This document shows positions 57,801-64,000 of a stretch of DNA of 64,000 bases, piece by piece. The translations under genes and the position numbers were made by a program. Position 1 is the stretch's first letter. Every line of letters starts with the position of its first letter. The notes beneath the pieces were generated by a model that worked only from the letters and a program-made list of their open reading frames with translations, had not been told where the DNA came from and made no database searches. Origin of the DNA: Camelus dromedarius (taxonomy: Eukaryota). The DNA lies in NCBI RefSeq assembly GCF_036321535.1, contig NC_087472.1, positions 97,032,001 to 97,096,000 of the forward strand, written 5' to 3'.

Positions 57801-58089
57801 CTCATGAGGGGATGGATTTTGGTCTGTCTCATGGGCATGATGAGGGCCAAATGAAGTGATGGATGTGTATGCATTTTGTAAACTCTAGAGGGCGACACAA
57901 AAGTAGTTCTTGTACAGCAGGGAAGCATGGAGTGGTACCTTCTTTGGTTAGTGACTTACAGCTGTCCAGACGTCACCCTAGAACTGAGTCCCAATTCTCC
58001 TGGAACCCCTGATCTTTTCCAGGATTTGACAGCATCTTTAGTGGGAAGACATGGGTTGTGAGGTCAGAATGCTACCAGTTCAAACCCTG

Positions 58090-58513
58090 CCTCTGTGAGT
58101 TCTAGCTGTGGGACTGGAGCAGGCACAGTGTGGCCCTACCCCTGTCTCCTCACCACTTCGGTGCACATCAGCCCTCTTTCCAGCCTGATGTGGAATTACT
58201 GAGGCATTAACATACTGTCTCAATCCCAAGCGGCCTGGACTGATGACTGAAAACAGTTTGTGCAGAAATTGCCCAGCTCCCTTGTCCCCAAAGTGAGAGG
58301 ACTCTGCAGCATGCGTGAGTTCCCCAGTGGGATTAGGCTCCAGCTGCCCACAGAGTAACTGGCTGGACAGTGTCCCCATAACTTACTTCTTCCCGTCCCT
58401 GCCTCATGTTGCCATTTTCTTACCTGTGCTTCCTGGAGTCGTCTTCCAAATATACTACTCACATCAGTTCCTTGACTCTGAATCAACTTTGGGGGGAACC
58501 AAAACTAAGACAA
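58090..58513. mobile_element. ERVL solo LTR (LTR16-like)
   Basis: ccccagtgggattaggctccagctgcccacag...cttcctggag...gggaaccaaaactaagaCA. Confidence 0.65.
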
Positions 58514-58633
58514 TTCCCTTAGGCATTTAATTCAGTTTCGCTATTTGTAACATGGGGATAAACCTGACCTTCTAGGGTCATTATGAAGATCAAGTGTGAT
58601 AACATATAAAAAGTGTCTTGTCTGGCATTTAAT

Positions 58634-58713
58634 ATTGGGTTAAACTATATGAAATTGTCATTCCTATAGGTTAAAAGTGGTTCAGCATAGGCAAGTTTAC
58701 GTGATTCACCTAA
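58634..58713. mobile_element. MADE2-like mariner MITE
   Basis: About 80 bp: ttgggttaaactatatgaaattg...gtttacgtgattcacctaa, near-palindromic ends. Confidence 0.6.
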
Positions 58714-59509
58714 CTGACCTTCAGTGAGGGTCAGTTCTTTCCCCCTCTTAGTTCTCCTCCTTCCCAAGAGTCCTGTCAGAACCAGAGCTCCCCTAGGGGT
58801 GTGGAGTGTCAGACAGTTTTATTTGGTTTCCAAAGGACAGTTTGGTGGTACCAGAACAGGGTTTTAGGAAAAAAGATAATAGTGTCAGACTAGGAAATAT
58901 CCCACAAATCCACTCATTCCCTTTTCCACAAGCAGAAATAAGACTGCAGATACTGTGGACATGAGTCCTTGCATGCAAATGAAATTCACAATTTAAGCAG
59001 TTTTAGCTTAAGGGAAAAAAATGCTGTATAATAACCCACATCCCTGAAATATTTGAAACAGCAAATAATTAATGACAATATGAAACGTACCAAATTATGA
59101 ACAACTGTCTCCACCAGATGAAATCTTTGGCATTTTTTTTCCTCCAAAGGATTTACTAAATTTCTAATGGGCACTGAGCAAGAAAAAAAGTTCCACTTAA
59201 TGACATAGTGATGGTGCTCCTGAATGATGGACCGTGAGCTTTACAAGGACGAGTGCTTGATATAATTCATAACAGCGTGTGTTACCTGATAGTGCACTTT
59301 TTCCCCCCAGAAATATATATTTTTTCTGTTCACCAAACTACTGACCTTACAAAGCTTGAAACCTTAAAAATCACAGGAGGGTCTCAGCTGCTGCCCTCTT
59401 TTTCCAAATCTTTAAAGAGGTCTTCTAGAGCAAATGGTCAAGGCCATAATCGTTTCTGTAATTCAGCTTGCTAGGGCCATGACCCTTCTGGGAGGTGCTA
59501 ATGTTGGTG

Positions 59510-60330
59510 GCGTAGTGTGGGGTAAAGGAAACAGACTGCCTGGACTCACTAGCCAGCTGTGGCTCTTAGGAGATGCCTGATCCTGAACACTGAGCTGTTA
59601 ACAGTTGCTTCTGTATGTCAGCTTCCTCATCAGTAAAATGGGGTCAATAATAGTACCTATCTCATTAGGATTGTTGGAGGTGAAATGAGAAATTGAATGT
59701 AAACTGCTCAATTTAGTCTCTGTCATGCTAGTGGTACCCAGTAAAGGTTGTTAGCAAAAAACAAAATGAACAAAAACCCTCCATTTCTATCCTGTTTTGC
59801 CTTGTCCTCCTTAATTTTTTTCTTTAACCCATAGAACTTCCTCAGTTGTTCTTGAAAAATGTATTCTATGACATGTAAAGGTGACTGTTGCTCACATCTT
59901 TACTGAGAATCTAAAGAGTAAACAGGGTTAATCACATGCATCAATACAAATATTTAAAGAGAATATCTGGATGGTATGTGTTTACAAGTTGGCACTCCCT
60001 AATTCTAGGATAAGCTCCCAGCCTGAAATCATCCCACCCTTTCCAGGTTAGCTGCCCAGTTAGATTACCACGCACATCCAACTAGGCGGGGAGCTAGGAT
60101 GGGGATGAAAGAAGGAAACTAAAAGGTGTTAATTGCCTACAGAGTGTTGGGTTCTGGTGCAAAGAATTCTGCATCTATCATCTCATTGAATCCCCACAGC
60201 AGTTCAGGGAGGTAGATGTTATATTTGCATTTACAGATGGGGAAACTGAGCCTCAAGGAACTTAAATAATTTGCCATGGTCACAAACTTATTAAGTGGAT
60301 CAGCTCAGATTTAAATCCCAGGTTCATAAG
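59510..60330. mobile_element. Two MIR remnants (59510-59750 +, 60130-60330 -)
   Basis: ttcctcatcagtaaaatggggtcaataatagtacct; tttacagatggggaaactgag. Confidence 0.65.
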
Positions 60331-61450
60331 ATTGTCCCCTAATGGGAGTTCCTTTGGCAAAGTGAAGACTATACGCCCTAATCTCTCTGCTTTGGCCATT
60401 TGGATATTGAAGACCTTGTTTTGGGGTACTAGGCTTAAGCACAGTCAAGCCACAGAACGACGTGGCTAGCAGCAGTTTTGAATTAACACTGGTGATGACG
60501 TAGCAAAATCAAGGGGTCATACATAACAAAACAGCCTAGGAGAAGCACAAGACTGACCTGTACTGAACAGCTAGGCCCAGCAAATGCCAGATATCTATGA
60601 CAGAGACCCCAGAGAGAAGCCACAACCCTGTTACCAATGACAAACATGTGCTGGAGACGAGGAAAACAGATATGTGAAGAGATGACTTTTATCAGTCCAG
60701 ATAGCATCCTTTCCATCTCATATATTTTCTATGTGACTCTCCTCCCACCCCGCATATACACACAGAGAAGGAAAAAAAATACTTTATAGAACATATTACT
60801 GGAAAGCGCTGGCAGTTTGGGGATTTCTTGCAAAACATCAGATTGAAGTTGGGGTGCTAGAGGATTTGAGTATCACTCCTCCCCAAGGGCAGTTTAACAT
60901 TAGAATATATATGCTCTATGAGGGCAGGGACTCTGTTTCACTCCATCCTGTGTCCTGGCACATAGAGGAAGCCCAGCAAAGCTGTACTGACTGAACCTTC
61001 AGTGTTTGTTCCTTCTTACTGATTTATATTTTCTCTGGTGACATTGAATGATACTTCATTTGTACCCAAAGGCTACTGTGCTACATGCATATCATTTCCA
61101 TCTTAAATAAACAGATGACATTGAATTTAGTCCTGTCACTTACACACTGCAGACAAATGGCTGACCTCATTAGACAAATGGATATGGTTAGAATATAATC
61201 TTAAAAATCTAAGAGCAGAGAAACAATTTAGGTAGGAGATTGGGTACTGAAATAATTATGTGTTATGCTTAATTATAGAGTAGTTTGAATTTTTCTAGTG
61301 TATTTGTTTGTTGGGTTTCTTTTTTTGGAGGGGAAAAGTTTTTTAAAAATACAGAAAAGTTGAGAGACTAATACAAAAACTCCCATGTGCCAACATCCAA
61401 TGTCATGTCTATTTGAAGATTCTGTCCCTGCTGTTAATGCTGTACATGTG

Positions 61451-61570
61451 TAGGGTGACCATAAAGTTTATCATCCAAACTGGAACACTTTTGAGAATGC
61501 AAGAGGGCACTAGTAATTTCACAGGAACATAGGCAGAAAGTGGGACCATCGCAAGCAAAGCAGGATGTTC
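61451..61570. mobile_element. MER81/MER94-like hAT element
   Basis: tagggtgaccataaagtttatcatccaaactggaacact. Confidence 0.6.
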
Positions 61571-62229
61571 TCCTTATTTGTTGGTGTCTCAGTAGGTGAG
61601 AACTGATGTGACTTCATCAATTTATGCCTCACAATGGGCATGAGATGGTGGTCCTTTGGTTTGCAGACACATCACCACTGATAGAACCTAGACTGTTGCA
61701 GGTGATGCTATCCTGTCATCAGACAGGCGTCTGGGAAAGGAATCTGGAGAAATTCTTGCCGTCTCTAACTACTTCCAACCCCACCCACGTTCCCACCATT
61801 GCAGTCTCCTTCCATGTCAAGGCTCTGATGTTTTGCAGGATTCAGCTCTCAGGTAGCTCAGTTCTTCTCACTGCAGTAGAGGCAAAATGCATCTGCAGCA
61901 CACTTACAACATTCCATCTACCTACTCTGAGTACATTGGCCTTGCTGGAATAGCCAGATAGCTTCCACTTGGTTTTCTTACTGAAATGTGGCTTCGTCCA
62001 GCCAAGAGCAAAGATTGCTTGCATGTCCAAAGACGTCACTCTGGGTGTTTCTGTCTTGCTTTAATGATGACAGTGGCTCACAGACTTGGCTGATGAAATT
62101 TTTCAAGGCTCGCAGATGTGAAGTCTGTGATGGGTCTCAGACAGGTGGTAGGTGGGAGACCAGAGCATGTTTGCTTTGGTGAGAGTTAGACGTCATATAG
62201 AGAAAGTCTGCATTTCATCATCAATTATA

Positions 62230-63235
62230 GCAATGAACCATTTACTCAGTATATACTAAGTGTCTATGCTATGTTGGACATTAATATAAGCCCTGGGAAG
62301 ATAAAGAACATTATGACATAGTTTTACTCTCAAGAAACTTAGAGTCCAGTGGAGGGACTTAGGCAGATTCTCAGAATTGGTTAGCACAGGTGAACCACAA
62401 AGTGAAGTTAAGTGTTACAGTTCTATGATAGGAGTAGCTAAAGGATGTAATGGCGATACATGGAATCTAGTATATTGGGGTGTGTGTACCAGTGGGGGGA
62501 GCAATGAAATACAAAGTTGGAGAGGAGAGAGGGGCCAGATAAAGGAGGAGCTTCACATTCACCCATTATTTAGTAGTAACTACTAGTAAATCTTAGGTCA
62601 AGCCATGTGAACAAGATAGATATGGCTCTCCCCTCCCAGAGCATTCAAACTGTGGGAGATACAGACAGGCAACGAGGCAATTACAAAATCTGCATGGAGT
62701 TCTAAGATGGGAGAGGTACTGGATATTAAGGGAAGGGCACCTACACCAACCTTGCTGGCACCAGGGAAGACTTCTTGGAGGAAGTGACTTCTTAATTAGC
62801 ATCTGAAGAATGAGAAAAAATTAACCCCAGGCAGAGGCTTGGCATAGGGGTATGGAACTGTTCGGGAGGGTGTATCAGGTGGAGGCTACAGCATGGGCAA
62901 AGTCTCAGAGGCACAAAACAGCTGTCGGGGGAAAGAAAGTGATTCAGGCTGGTCGGGGAACTGAGAGAAAAGCTAAAGAGTCAAGAAAGGTCCAAATCAC
63001 ACAAGGCCTTGTCTTCTGAACTTGAAAGACAGACTTTGTTCTATGGGCACCTGAGAGCCAATGAGGGGTTTCAGACAGAGGATGAGATAATCAGAACTGT
63101 GTCTTGGGAAGATCTCTCTCTCTGCAGGTGGTAGCTGGAATGGGAAGGCTGGAGATTGTAGGCAGGGAAATGGAGTAAAACATTAATACAGTAACTAGTT
63201 ATTGGTGAAGTGAAGATCTGAACCAAGGTGGCTGG
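62230..63235 (-). mobile_element. L2 fragments
   Basis: catttactcag...ctatgctatg; cagggaagacttcttggaggaagtgac; gcatgggcaaagtctcagagg. Confidence 0.65.
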
Positions 63236-63345
63236 TCATACTGACTTGGAGGAGCCAGAAGGCTGATGCTTTTTTTTTTTTTTAAACATATCTGGACATC
63301 TTAGCCCAAGGAGTAAGCCAGGTAGTAGAATCTGATGACAACTTT

Positions 63346-63433
63346 CTTTTTTTAATGGCAGTACTGAGGATTGAACCCAGGAGCTCGTGCATGCTAAGCA
63401 TGCACTCTTCCACTGAGCTATACCCTGTTCCCT
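63346..63433 (-). mobile_element. Vic-1-type camelid tRNA-derived SINE with 13-bp TSD
   Basis: Minus strand gggtatagctcagtggaagagtgcatgcttagcatgcacgagctcctgggttcaatcctcagtac + A tail. TSD TGATGACAACTTT at 63333-63345 and 63434-63446. Confidence 0.85.
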
Positions 63434-63644
63434 TGATGACAACTTTTAAATCTGCAGTACTGATTAAACATTTGAGCTCCATTTCCCAGGTTTGGGTCTT
63501 AATGTGTCATCTATCAATTGCAGATTCGTTGATGTGCAGATCTAGCCATTGTGTGGCCTTTCACTTTTCCGTATGTATGATTCCAAAGTGCAGTCATAGA
63601 CCATACAAGTACAGACATTCTTGGCCAGTTGCTTCAAGTTCGTC

Positions 63645-64000
63645 TGTGGCAGATGTGGTTGGCACCCTGGTTGTATCCTCCAGCCCTTACCTCTTGAGAA
63701 CATGCCTGCCTCACTTCGAATGCAAGCACCCACCCCTCTTTGTCAGAGAGCCCACTTTGCCATCTGCTTGGCAGGCCAAAAGTTCTGGGGAATTAACATC
63801 CTCTGAGAGCAGACCTCAACCAATGACAGATGGGAGTTGGCACAGAAATACCCAGCTCCCTCCCCATGGGTGGGATTACCCACGGCTGAGTGTGCTTCAA
63901 ACTGGTTCTCAGAGCTTCCCCAGTGGGTCCTGTCCTGGTTGCCCACAGCCGTGGCCTACTCAATCACATACCCTTTGAGGCTCCTTCTCCTGTGTCTCAC
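63645..64000. mobile_element. ERVL solo LTR (LTR16-like), truncated by the window edge
   Basis: TGtggcagatg...ctcaaccaatgacagatgggagttgg...ccccagtggg. Confidence 0.65.

Noticed and set aside
63346..63433. tRNA gene
   Set aside because: A-tail, TSD and an imperfect cloverleaf indicate a SINE.
63355..63978. 207-aa ORF
   Set aside because: Chance ORF spanning a SINE and an LTR16-like element.

Overview
Mammalian genomic DNA, very likely camelid (alpaca/camel; it carries a Vic-1-type tRNA-derived SINE and camelid-type L1 3' ends) and by PTCHD1 synteny probably X-linked. The only intact gene is PTCHD1 on the minus strand: exon 2 (50328-50988) and the coding part of exon 3 (37284-38938), then a probable long 3' UTR; exon 1 lies beyond the right edge. 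The rest is intronic/intergenic DNA rich in L1, L2, MIR, MaLR/ERVL LTR and DNA-transposon remnants. The standout is a ~1.5 kb L1-mediated insertion (17652-19148; 11-bp TSD AGAGCTGTCTT, 16-nt poly(T)) that splits an old LTR. It carries the CLLAC-motif/transmembrane exon of a DYNAP-family gene with a much-extended Thr/Ser/Pro/Glu mucin stalk. The coding strand (+) is opposite to the poly(A) tail (-), and an apparent 3' splice site is retained. This points to retrotransposition of an unspliced antisense RNA or an orphan L1 3' transduction, with twin-priming inversion as the alternative. Repeat family names and boundaries come from recognition by eye and are approximate.
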